From Eledone cirrhosa (Eukaryota): a stretch of DNA of 64,000 bases. Position 1 is the stretch's first letter, and each line of letters starts with the position of its first letter. Location: assembly GCA_964016885.1 (NCBI GenBank), contig OZ024740.1, positions 155,248,001 through 155,312,000 of the forward strand, given 5' to 3'. Under the pieces are notes generated by a model. The model saw only the letters and a list, made by a program, of their open reading frames with translations. It had not been told where the DNA came from and made no database searches. Made by a program: the position numbers and the translations under genes. Below are positions 1-10,726 of the stretch, piece by piece.

Positions 1-675
1 TGTGAAACAACAACAACAACAACAACCAGCTGACCTGCTGTGAAACAACAACAACAACAACAACAACCAGCTGACCTGCTGTGAAACACCAACAACAACA
101 ACAACAACCAGCTGACCTGCTGTGAAACAACAACAACAACCAGCTGACTGCTGTGAAACAACAACAACAACAACAACCACCTGACCTGCTGTGAAACACC
201 AACAACAACAACAACCAGCTGACCTGCTGTGAAACACCAACAACAACAACAACAACCAGCTGACCTGCTGTGAAACAACAACAACAACAACAACAACCAG
301 CTCACCTGCTGTGAAACAACAACAACAACAACAACCAGCTGACCTGCTGTGAAACAACAACAACAACAACAACCAGCTGACCTGCTGTGAAACAACAACA
401 ACAACAACAACCAGCTGACCTGCTGTGAAACAACAACAACCAGCTCACCTGCTGTGAAACAACAACAACAACAACCAGCTGACCTGCTGTGAAACAACAA
501 CAACAACAACCAGCTGACCTGCTGTGAAACAACAACAACAACAACAACCAGCTGACCTGCTGTGAAACAACAACAACAACAACAACCAGCTGACCTGCTG
601 TGAAACAACAACAACAACAACAACCAGCTGACCTGCTGTGAAACAACAACAACAACAACCAGCTGACCTGCTGTG

Positions 676-714
<39 letters not shown>

Positions 715-1100
715 CCAGCTGACCTGCTGTGAAACAACAACAACAACAACAACCAGCTCACCTGCTGTGAAACAACAACAACAACAACAACAACCAGCTG
801 ACCTGCTGTGAAACAACAACAACAACCAGCTGACCTGGGCTGAAACAACAACAACCATTTCACCTGCTGTGAAACAACAACAACCAGCTCACCTGCTGTG
901 AAACAACAACAATAACAACAACAACCAGCTCACCTGCTGTGAAACAACAACAACAACCAGCTGACCTGCTGTGAAACAACAACAACAACAACAACCAGCT
1001 GACCTGCTGTGAAACAACAACAACAACAACAACCAGCTGACCTGCTGTGAAATAACAACAACAACAACCAGCTGACCTGGGCTGAAACAACAACAACAAA
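1..1100. repeat. Minisatellite, unit CTGTGAAA(CAA)nCCAGCTGACCTG (20+3n bp), roughly 28 copies, running off the window start
   Basis: Directly visible tandem array with a variable CAA tract. The unit length is not a multiple of 3, so the ORFs over it are artefacts. Confidence 0.97.
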
Positions 1101-1163
1101 CAAACAGCAAACAAACAAAAATAAACAAAGAAAAAAGCAGCTGTGATAACAACTACAACTTAC

Positions 1164-1306
1164 CTGCAGATTGTAAAATAATGAAGAAACTGAAAGAATT
1201 TTTTTCTCCATGGGAAGCCAGGTAAGCACAAGTGAGACAAAGCAGGGCATTAATCCAGATAGTACCATAGAGCATACTTATAGGGATGTTGTCAGCAATA
1301 AATAGT
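1164..1306 (-). CDS. Exon G (last in window) of a multi-pass membrane protein gene, NEF1-like; 5' boundary uncertain
   Basis: Donor CAG|GTAAGT at 1164/1163. Stop-free frame LFIADNIPISMLYGTIWINALLCLTCAYLASHGEKNSFSFFIILQSA. U12-like branch TCCTTTAC at 1323-1316. Must start in phase 2 to join exon F. Confidence 0.7.
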
Positions 1307-1583
1307 ATATCATTGGTAAAGGATGATAATGTATGTTTCTGTGTTTCATGTGTGTTTCCCCTTCTCTACGGAGATTTCTTTTACTAATAAGTGTGTCAAC
1401 ACCCATGAGAATATAATGTAAAAAAACAGAGAGAGAGAAAGAAGAAATGAAGTACAAACACACACTCACATACATAAACACATGCACATGTGTGTGTGTG
1501 TATATATATATATATATGTTCAGATCTAGCTGTCAAAACAGCCGAAGCTCAGCTGTTGGGGTCCTGAATCTTTATTTATTTAT

Positions 1584-2084
1584 ATCATCATCATCATCAT
1601 CACCGTTTTACGTCCGTTCTTCCACGCTAGCATGGGTTAGACGGGTTGTCCTGTTGTGGGCAGTGTCTGGTCGGCTGACCATGCCTTGCTCATACAGGAA
1701 CTGATTTGGCTTGATTTCTACAGCTGGATGCCCTTCCTAACACCAACCTCATTTACAGTGAGTGCTGGGTGCTTTTTCGTGGCGCCTACACGTCCACTTT
1801 ACAGTGTGGGCTGGGTGCTTTTTTGCCGTGGCACCTCCACGACCACCTTGCAGTGGGGGGTGTGGGGGCATATTGTCTATATGCTTCAGCTTGTACCCAT
1901 GGGAGGTCGGGTACTCTGTATTACTGCGTGACGCCAGAGGTCACGGTCATGTGTCATTGTCTTTGAGAGGTGTAATTGGGTAAGGTCGGCTTTTATCACC
2001 TCATCCCAGGTCATCTTGGGTCTTCCCACTCCGCGGTTTCCATCGACTTCTAGTGCTCTGCACCTTTTTATGCAGCTGTCATCC

Positions 2085-2089
<5 letters not shown>
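1584..2089 (-). mobile_element. RTE-clade LINE family A, 5'-truncated 3' end
   Basis: C-terminal ORF GRPKMTWDEVIKADL, near-identical to 33185-33680. (GAT)n tail, ends in (TA)n. Confidence 0.95.
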
Positions 2090-2116
<27 letters not shown>

Positions 2117-2121
<5 letters not shown>

Positions 2122-2775
2122 TATGAGCACTCGATGCTCTTACAGAGCAGAGTATAATATCACATAAGAAACGGAGAATCAGTGGTGCGACGAATAAAAT
2201 TTATTAGAGATATTACAATCATTTCTCTGGCGACCAGCTCGAGGCACGATCGATGCAATGATAAAACCTGACTCTGAAATCGCAAGATCCTCAATATGTC
2301 TCGATTCTACGAAGCAGAGTTTCCAAATGTCCAGTTACATCCACTGCCTTCACTGTGCAGCTTAGATCCTGTTGTTTTCATTCTATGAGTGGTCAAGAAT
2401 TGTACACGTTATCGGTATTTTTGGCCACTCACAACCGATATAAGAAACAACTTTGATTGACAGGTGGCAATTGAAAGGAACCAAATATACGACGGTCGTG
2501 AGTGGCCAAAAATACTGATGACGTGCTCAATTCTTGACCACTCATAGAATGAAAACAACAGGATCTAAGCTGCAGAGTGAAGGCAGTGGATGTAACTGGA
2601 CATTTGGAAACTCTGCTTCGTAGAATCGAGACATATCTGAGGATCTTGCGATTTCAGAGTCAGGTTTTATCATTGCATCGATCGTGCCTCGAGCTGGTCG
2701 CCAGAGAAACGATTGTAATATGTCTAATAAATCTTATTCGTCGCACCACTGATTCTCCGTTTCTTATGCGATATA
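2117..2775. mobile_element. Foldback Penelope-like pLTR remnant, arms about 2158-2437 and 2492-2773, in (TA)n
   Basis: About 280-bp inverted repeat around a loop of about 55 nt. Contains a hammerhead motif. Related sequence at about 38930-39030. Confidence 0.8.
2629..2725 (+). ncRNA. Type I hammerhead ribozyme with extended (62-nt) stem II
   Basis: Stem I AGACATAT/ATATGTCT (8 bp), core CTGAGGA 2637-2643, stem II base TCTTGCGA/TCGCCAGA, GAAA 2706-2709, short stem III CGATTG, cleavage triplet GTA. Confidence 0.75.
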
Positions 2776-2785
2776 TATATATATT

Positions 2786-3047
2786 CCTTTAAGTTTGATG
2801 GTTCACCACTGGATAGAGCTGGTCATTCCATATAGCCAACCATGATGTAATATTAGAAAAAGCACTCAATGTTATGCAACTCATTCATCTTTGACATTTA
2901 ATCTTGTTGGTGGTGCGAGAACGAAGTTAGTTATTATTAAGTAAAATGACAGGAGGCCAGCCTGATGAAATTCCTTCAAAGTGTTTGCTAAAATAAATCT
3001 TTGAAGGAATTTCACCAGTCCAGCCTCCTGTTATTTTACTCAATAAT
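2786..3047 (-). mobile_element. PLE pLTR remnant with short terminal inversion (family of 9478-9995 and 43975-44310)
   Basis: Shares CCACTGGATAGAnCTGGTCATTCC with the other copies. Hairpin 2933-3047, flanked by (TA)n. Confidence 0.7.
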
Positions 3048-3270
3048 ATATATATATATATCAAGCGTTAACCTAATATATCCCTTTCATATACTGTACC
3101 GATTGTGTTGTTATTTCTGTTTACCTTTTACATATATATATACTAGCATGGAAGATAGACGTTAAACGATGATGATGATATATATATATATACACATACA
3201 CACACATAAAGTTGTGGGTACAAAGAAAAGGAAAGGGCAATCAATACATAGTGTGGGTTGAGTATTTATA

Positions 3271-3780
3271 TTAACAGTTTGACTTAACTCCACACTCCCA
3301 GTTTACCTCTATGTTATATGTCTCCATCTCCTCTTCTTTACTGTCAAAGTAGGATTTCTCTCTACTTGCCGTAGGTTGTCTTAGCTTCCAGATTTTCCTT
3401 CTCCAGGCTGGCTTTTGTCTCTTAGTCCTTTTAGCACTTATTCTAAGGTCACTGACAGAATGTTGGGACATATGTACATTTTTCCCCTGGATGGGTTTTG
3501 GCATTAACAACTATTTGCTTGTCCTGTTTTCTGGGGAGAAACAGTTTGACACAGAACTACTGTTGACTTGGTTTCTACAGCTGGATGCCCTTCCTAATGC
3601 CAACTACATTTACAGTGTGTACTGGGTGCTTTTTGTCATGATACCTACATGACCACTTTACAGTATGTACTGAGTGCTTTTTACATGATACCTACACAAC
3701 CACTTTACAGTATGTATTGAGTGCTTTTTACATGATACCTACACAACCACTTTACAGTATGTACTAGGTGCTTTTTGTCA
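3271..3780 (-). mobile_element. Degenerate RTE fragments: endonuclease-linker piece (SDLRI...WRRKIWKL) and a 3' UTR with four ~41-bp tandem units
   Basis: ORF 3271..3510 resembles the RTE post-endonuclease region. 3570-3780 matches the RTE 3' UTR module. Confidence 0.65.
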
Positions 3781-3916
3781 AATATAAACAAAATAGTAAC
3801 AGAGAAATAGTTGTGCATAAAACAAAAAAAAAATTCATATAATTTTAATATGCTGACTGGTAATGACCATGGTGTTTATCATGATTAAAAAGGAGTTGGC
3901 TTAATTTAAAGGATAC

Positions 3917-3993
3917 TTAATTGCCCAGGGCACTCTGGATATCCAGAAACTGTGAAGCAATGAAAGACCTGCAAATCCTGCTAGGGAAAAACT
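3917..3993 (-). CDS. Exon F of the NEF1-like membrane protein gene (77 nt, phase 0 to 2)
   Basis: Acceptor TCTTTTTATAG. Translates SFSLAGFAGLSLLHSFWISRVPWAI. Donor GTATCCTTT (U12 consensus). Phase fits exon E. Confidence 0.8.
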
Positions 3994-4559
3994 CTATAAA
4001 AAGATATGAATGAGTGAAATAAAATTAGAAGGAGCACAAAAATGTAAATGGTAACAATAAATATAATTTTAGTGACTGTCAACAACAATAACAACAAAAT
4101 AAGTACAATGACAACAATAGCAAATAGCAATGATAAATATTTCTAACATAGGCACATAGCCAGTAATTTGAAGAAGAGGAAGTCAATTGAATCAACCCAG
4201 TACTTTACAGGTACTTTATTTTATCAACTTCATGCTGTTATATCCATTATATTAACTAGTTGTAGCCTGGGGTTTTCATTAGGACACACAGAAACACACA
4301 CACACACTTTTTTTCAATATTGACAAGATTTGCACTTAAAATTCCCCCCACCCCGAGCGAGGTGGGGTGTCAGGTGACAACACTGTCTACCTGTCTATTT
4401 ATCTTTCACACTCACACACTCTCTCACTGTATTCTCCTCTCAACAACAACCTGTCATTATAGTGAAAGTCTTTTTTTGAAGTCTGTGTTGCATTGCCTAT
4501 ATATTGAAGGACATAGAAACACACACACACACACACAAAAACTCCATACCATATAACCT

Positions 4560-6265
4560 AGAGGACAATAGGAAATTCTGGCATGACAACCTAATGGGAC
4601 ATGTAGTTGGAGCAAGATGCCTGCCAGACAGAGGGTGACCAGACTGAATGTGGTTAGAGCCATTAAAGCCAAAAGACAGGCGTGGAAAGACCGGAAAAAT
4701 GGGGGCAGCTAAGAGAGAAGCAAGTATAAGCCGCTCAGAGAGATATTGAAAAAAGAAAGTTTGCCAATGTCTTGCGACGTCAGATCAAATACGTGAAGTG
4801 TTTCGCATTGCAAAGTAGTGTGTTAGTGAGAATTGGGTTGTTGTTGGGGAAAAGTGTGTTAGAAATGACTCCGGTGCACCTTAGCACAATTGATGCTCAA
4901 AAGAAAAATGTCTGGAAATGTTACTATGAGAAACTGATGAATGTAGATAATGAATGGGAGGAGGAGAGACTACTCCCAACTGATTCACAAGAAAGGAACA
5001 GCAATTGAATATAACAGTTATAGGATCAAAGAAGCAATTAAAGAGATGATGAATGGTAAAGCTGTCAGAACAGTTTCTGAGATGCTAAAAGCATCAGCAG
5101 AAGTAGGAGTTGACTAGGAAGTAGGAGTTTGAACTAGTAACCTACATAGTCAAATCAGATAATACAAGCCGAGTCATATCCAATTACTGATGCAGCAGTA
5201 CAATCAGAAATTGCTATAAGGGCTCAGGTGATGTTCTAGAAAGGAGCAACTATAGGGGAATAAATCTAATAGATCAAGTTATCAAAGAGACAGAAAGAGT
5301 TATAGTACAGCTAATTAAGGAAATTACAGTAAAATTAGATGAGATACAGTTTGGTTTCATGTCTGGGAAAAGTACTTAGTGAGGCAACTATAAGAAAAGC
5401 TCCTAGGAATCAAAAGGTCTGAGAGTAAACTTAGCCAAAACTAAAGTGCTAGTAAGTAGGAAAGAAGATAGGACCCTGATTCCCTCAAGAAAGTGGCTCT
5501 GCTCAATATGTAGAAAAGACGTGGGCATAAACTCTATACGATGTAGTGGAATAATAGGTAGACTAACAGGAAGGGAAGACTTTGTATGTAGGGATAATCG
5601 AGGGGAAGAGTGTCAATTATATAAATCTCTTTCAATCAGAGGAAGGATCCATAGAAGTGGTTGATAATGTCTGTTATCTAGGTGACCTCATTAGCAGTGG
5701 AGGAGGGTGCTCTGAGAACAAAATAGCTAGAATAAGAATAGGATGGAAAAAGTTTAGAGAGATACTCCCACTGTTGACATAAAAAGGTTTCTTCCTATGT
5801 AAAAAGGATGACTGTATGACACCTGTGTGCAAAGTGTGATGTTGCGTTGTAATGAAACATGGGCTGTGATAGCAGAAGACATGTGTAGACTGGAGAGAAA
5901 TGAAGCAACCATGCTTCATTGGATGTGCAATGTAAATGTGAGATAAAGGCAGAGCTTGGATAAACTGGGGGAGAAATAGGTTTAAGAGGAATCCGAAGTG
6001 GCATGTAAGAGAGAAGACTGCGTTGGTATGTGATGTGCATGGATGATGATCAATGGGTGAAGAAGTGCCAGGAAATCCCAGTGGAGTGAAGCCACAGTAG
6101 AGATAGACCAAAGAAGACCTGAGCAGAGGTGGTGAGAGCTGATCTCAAATCGCTGAGACTCAGAGATGGCGAAGGAATACAACAAGTGAAGAGATGCTGT
6201 GCTAAGGACCAGTCCAACCTATGCAAGCATGGAAAAATGGACATAAAAATGATGATGATGATGGT
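4560..6265 (+). mobile_element. Old degenerate RTE LINE, internally deleted, many stops
   Basis: Fragments WKCYYEKLMN, KWLCSICRK and CYLGDLISSGGGCSE..RIRIGWKKFRE are homologous to ORF 31470..33389. (GAT)n tail. Confidence 0.9.
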
Positions 6266-6432
6266 GATATATACATACACACACACATACTTATACACTT
6301 ATACTCATATATATATATATATGAATGAATGAGTTGATAATTAACAGTACTCCTTGTAATGCACAGCATATCTATGTGTGTGTGTGTAGGTATATATATG
6401 TATGTATATGTGTGTATGTATGTGTGTATGCA

Positions 6433-6475
<43 letters not shown>

Positions 6476-6508
6476 ATGAAGATGGGTAGGTAGGTAGATA
6501 TGGTTTAC

Positions 6509-6684
6509 CTTAAATCGAATGCTACTGAGAAAAACTCCAAAAGCAACATGTGCAGTAATGCCAGCTGGTAACCAAGGGAGATAATGTGACGTGAGCCCAT
6601 AGTGATTTAGGATTGGGTAACAAAGGAGTGTTGTAATCATACCACTTAGCCATCTGAGTCGAACCACCAGCTGGTAGGAAACTC
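6509..6684 (-). CDS. Exon E of the NEF1-like membrane protein gene (176 nt, phase 1 to 0)
   Basis: Acceptor TCTACTTTCACAG, donor AAG|GTAAAC. (G)VSYQLVVRLRWLSGMITTLLCYPILNHYGLTSHYLPWLPAGITAHVAFGVFLSSIRFK lies within ORF 6341..6739. Confidence 0.88.
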
Positions 6685-6994
6685 CTGTGAAAGTAGACAA
6701 AAGAGAGTCTGTTAGTATCAACCATAACAATGTGTGCATGTGTGTGTAAGTCCTTAAAATCTACACACACACATATACAAAGAATGCATTTTCTATCTCA
6801 GTCATGTTGTTACTATAAGAAGTTTGCTTTCCAGTCACAAAGTCCTAGCTTCTAACTCTACCTTTGCTCCTGTAAATAGTTATTTCTCTAAAGCCAGTCA
6901 TACATTTAATTATGTATGTTGTTTGTACATATATGCTGAGTAATTACATCCTAGAAATAAATGATTAAAATATCATTCTTATCTTTAAGCAGTG

Positions 6995-7257
6995 GAGACT
7001 TCTGGTGTCCTTGGTCCTAATTGGCTACCTTCAGGTGTGAGCCTCGCGAGCTGGAATGGCTCTTCCAATGTGTCCCCCTCACCATCCACTGGAGAAATAC
7101 GTTTTCTACTCTGTCCACCAGAGCCATGGGGTGGCAACACGTGGGCCCCTATTTGCTTATAATAGTGAGAGATGGGGTGAGTGAGAGAGATGGAGGCAGT
7201 GACAGTGGGAATTTGATTCCATTATGGTCAGACCTAATATATATGTATATATTTATT
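6995..7257 (+). mobile_element. CRE-like (restriction-like endonuclease) non-LTR 3' remnant; second copy 36325-36628 on minus
   Basis: EPRELEWLFQCVPLTIHWRN resembles the RLE C-terminal LFQRLSxxIQRGN motif. Two dispersed copies. Confidence 0.6.
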
Positions 7258-7854
7258 GTTGAACAATCATTGCTGACTTTTCATCACTTCCATAAACTAT
7301 AAGGTTCCTCTTATATAAACCATCAATTTATCGAAACACAGATTTCCCAGTTTGTACAATTGTTCATATATCCAGTAATTCTGATATATACAACAAACCA
7401 ATCCTGGACTCCAATAATTAAATACATTCAACACTATAGCCAGCACATGTCCACAAGTATAAAATATCTTGAAAACAATCTTCCATTATACTTTACAGAT
7501 GTATTGTGTCTATGCATTTGGGAAAGCTACACAGATTAAAAAAAAAAAAGTAGTTGATCACCAGATCAGACCAAGATAACAATGTTTTCATTGGTCCTTT
7601 CATTACTGACACTATTTATAATTTCATGAGAGTAATTGGCTGCTGTATCTCGCAAACTTAAGAGAACTCATTCTCATCTGGCTAAGATATATTTCAAATT
7701 GGATAATAGATTTATCAAATGCTTCTAGTCAAATTATCCTTTAACCCATTTGTTGCCATATTTCAAATAAAAGATACTCCCTATGATTTTTTAAATAATC
7801 AAGAATTTGAAGGGATTTAGTAATATAACAATCTCATTATGCTGATGAGAGCAG

Positions 7855-8072
7855 TGGATTGGCAGCATCAGTAGAGCGTTGGACAATATGCTATATGGCA
7901 TAGAGTTACGGCCCTTTACGGTCTGAGTTAAAATCCCACCGAAGTTAGCTTTGCCTTTTATCCTTATGGGGTTGATAAAATAAAGTACCAGTAATGCACT
8001 GGGGTCGATTTAAAAGACTGTACCCTTCCATTCAAATTGCTGGCCTTGTGCCTAAAGTAGAAACACTTATTA
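7855..8072 (+). mobile_element. tRNA-derived SINE with Meta/Sauria-like central domain (representative of more than 15 copies)
   Basis: Core GAGTTCAAATCCCGCCGAGGTTRACTTTGCCTTTCATCCTTACGGGGTCGATAAAATAAAGTACCAG. Also at 9607-9790, 17630-17770, 27790-27945, 40890-41230, 41950-42040, 47500-48150 and 55983-56165. Confidence 0.85.
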
Positions 8073-9362
8073 AGATGGTGATTGAAGCATATTTTAACAA
8101 ATATAAAATTATGATGGAAGATTTTTAGATAAATATAAACACGTTAGAATAAACAGTTTTCTCCTGTAGAACCAGGGATGATTTCAGTATCAAGAGTAGA
8201 TACTAAGCGTGATGGCATAGCTGATTATGGAATGAATCTAACCCATACTAGCGCGGAAAATGGACGTTAAACAATGTTGACGATGATGATCTCTATCAGT
8301 TGTGACAATGAGCATTATCATTGTTAGATCAATGAAACAACCTGCTTATAGAATTAAGAGCTAAGTGGCTAAGCATTCCCCAGATACATGTAGCCTTAAT
8401 CTAATTCTCAGAGAGATTGAACATGACTCACTATGTGTCATGGCTGGCCTTTTGAATTATAGGTACAGTCAATCTGACATGCTTCCAAACAGTTTCTATC
8501 TACTCAATTTTAATCATAAGGCATGAATCGACCTGAGGTTATAGTAAAGGATATTTGTCCAATATGTCATCCAGTGGGTTTGAACCTAATGATTTTGAAG
8601 TGAACTCCTTACCCATTTGGCCACACTACGTCTACTAGTTGATTGTAGCAACTTCTAACGTATAAAAATTGTAGTAATCTGCAATTTCAAGGAGTTAATA
8701 TCCAACCATAGACTGCATAAATTGCCAGCTAATGAAGTCATTTCAACCATATTTTACAATAAGTGGAGCAGTGAAGTGTTAGCATCTCACACAATTCTAC
8801 TGTTAGTAATTAACATAACAATATCAGTCAATTATGGAATATTCAATGCTACATTGTAGAATGAGATAACTCTATATATCATGTGAAATAAATCCAATAT
8901 GGAATTATAATCACCATCATCATCCTCAACATCAGTATCACCACCACCTCTACTATCCCCATCACTATTACTTTATTTTCATTCTTCTCCTATTATTTCT
9001 TATAAAATATCAACTCTCTATGTTAAAGTGTAATACTGCTGAGATCTTTGATGAATTTATTATCCAGTTTGAAAGATACCTTAAAGTTCTGAAGCCAAAT
9101 AAGAATTATAAACTGGATTTATTTCAATACTACGAATATATGCATTTTGATAATAGGCACAAGCATGGCTGTGTGATTAAGTAGTTTACTTCAGAATCAG
9201 GTGATTTTGGTTCAGTTTCACAGCATGGAAACTTGGGAAGGTGTTTTCTGTTATAGCCTCATTAATGCCATGTGAGTGAATTTGGTACATTGAAACTGTA
9301 TAGAAGTCCTGACATTTTCATTTTCCCTTTGTTTATGTCCTGTGTGCCGCCCTATCATCATT

Positions 9363-9435
<73 letters not shown>

Positions 9436-9437
9436 CC

Positions 9438-9468
<31 letters not shown>

Positions 9469-9477
9469 TACATTTTA

Positions 9478-9995
9478 GTTTGGTGGTTCACCACTGGATA
9501 GAACTGGTCATTCCATATAATTAACCATGATGTAATATTAAGAAATGCACTCGACGTTGATGTTGAATCTTGGTGGTGGTGCAAAACGGAGTTAATTATT
9601 ATTGAGTGGATTGGCAGTATCGGTAGAGGGTCGGACGCCATGCTTTCCAGCATAGTTACGTCCCTTTACGATCTGAGTTCAAATCCCGCCGAGGTTGACT
9701 TTGCCTTTCATCCTTACGGGGTCGATAAAATAAAGTACCAGTAATGTACTGGGTAATTGCTGGCCTTGTGCCAATAGTAGAAATAATTATTATTGAGTAA
9801 AATGACAGGAGGCTGGACTGGTGAAATTCCTTCAAAGATATATTTCAGCAAACACTATGTACATTTCAGTGGCCAGGTGACGTGATGTCACTGGGATCAT
9901 ACAGAACCTCACCACTGAAATGTACAAAGTGTTTGCTGAAATAAATCTTTGAAGGAATTTCACCAGTCCAGCCTCCTGTCATTTTACTCAATAAT
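9478..9995 (-). mobile_element. PLE pLTR remnant with ~95-bp-arm terminal hairpin (9790-9995), interrupted by a SINE (9607-9790)
   Basis: Inverted arms TTGAGTAAAATGACAGGAGG. The SINE is flanked by duplicated ATTATTATTGAGT. Homologous to the hammerhead-bearing copy at 43975-44310. Confidence 0.75.
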
Positions 9996-10082
9996 ATATA
10001 TATATATATATATTAATTTATTAAAATAACAGATTAAAGTTTAAGCAAAGAATCGCTGCTTTCACCCATATATATATATATA

Positions 10083-10658
10083 TCATCATCATCATCATCA
10101 TCACCGTTTTACGCCCGTTCTTCCACGCTAGCATGGGTTAGACGGGTTGTCCTGTTGTGGGCAGTGTCTGGTCGGCTGACCATGCCTTGCTCATACAGGA
10201 ACTGATCTGGCTTGATTTCTACAGCTGGATGCCCTTCCTAACACCAACCTCATTTACAGTGAGTGCTGGGTGCTTTTTCGTGGTGCCTACACGTCCACTT
10301 TACAGTGTGGGCTGGGTGCTTTTTTGCCGTGGGACCTCCACGACCACCTTGCGGGGGGGGGGGGGGGGGGGGGGCATATTGTTTATATGCTTCAGCTTGT
10401 ACCCATGGGAGGTCGGGTACTCTGTATTACTGCGTGACGCCAGAAGTCACGGTCGTGTGTCATTGTCTTTGAGAGGTGTAATTGGGTAAGGTCGGCTTTT
10501 ATCACCTCATCCTAGGTCATCTTGGGTCTCCCCACTCCGCGGTTTCCATCAACCTCTAGTGCTCTGCACCTTTTTATGCAGCTGTCATCCTTCATACGCA
10601 TCACATGTCCATACCAGCGCAACCGCCTCTCCTGCACACAGCATTTGATTCCTCTTAT
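10083..10658 (-). mobile_element. RTE family A, 5'-truncated
   Basis: Near-identical to 33125-33680. (GAT)n tail, (TA)n flanks. Confidence 0.95.
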
Positions 10659-10726
10659 ATATTATATATATATATATATTATATAATATATATATATATA
10701 TATAATATATATATATAATATATATA

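Noticed and set aside
1-1100. CRISPR-like repeat-spacer appearance
   Set aside because: The spacers are only (CAA)n, the context is eukaryotic, and there are no cas genes.
302-1152. Cys/Leu/Val-rich ORFs and apparent poly-Gln over the satellite
   Set aside because: The 20+3n unit cycles through frames and the plus strand hits TGA regularly, so these are repeat artefacts.
2634-2690. SEDLAISES reading resembling a GIY-YIG C-terminus
   Set aside because: Broken frames, and better explained as the hammerhead core plus stem II.
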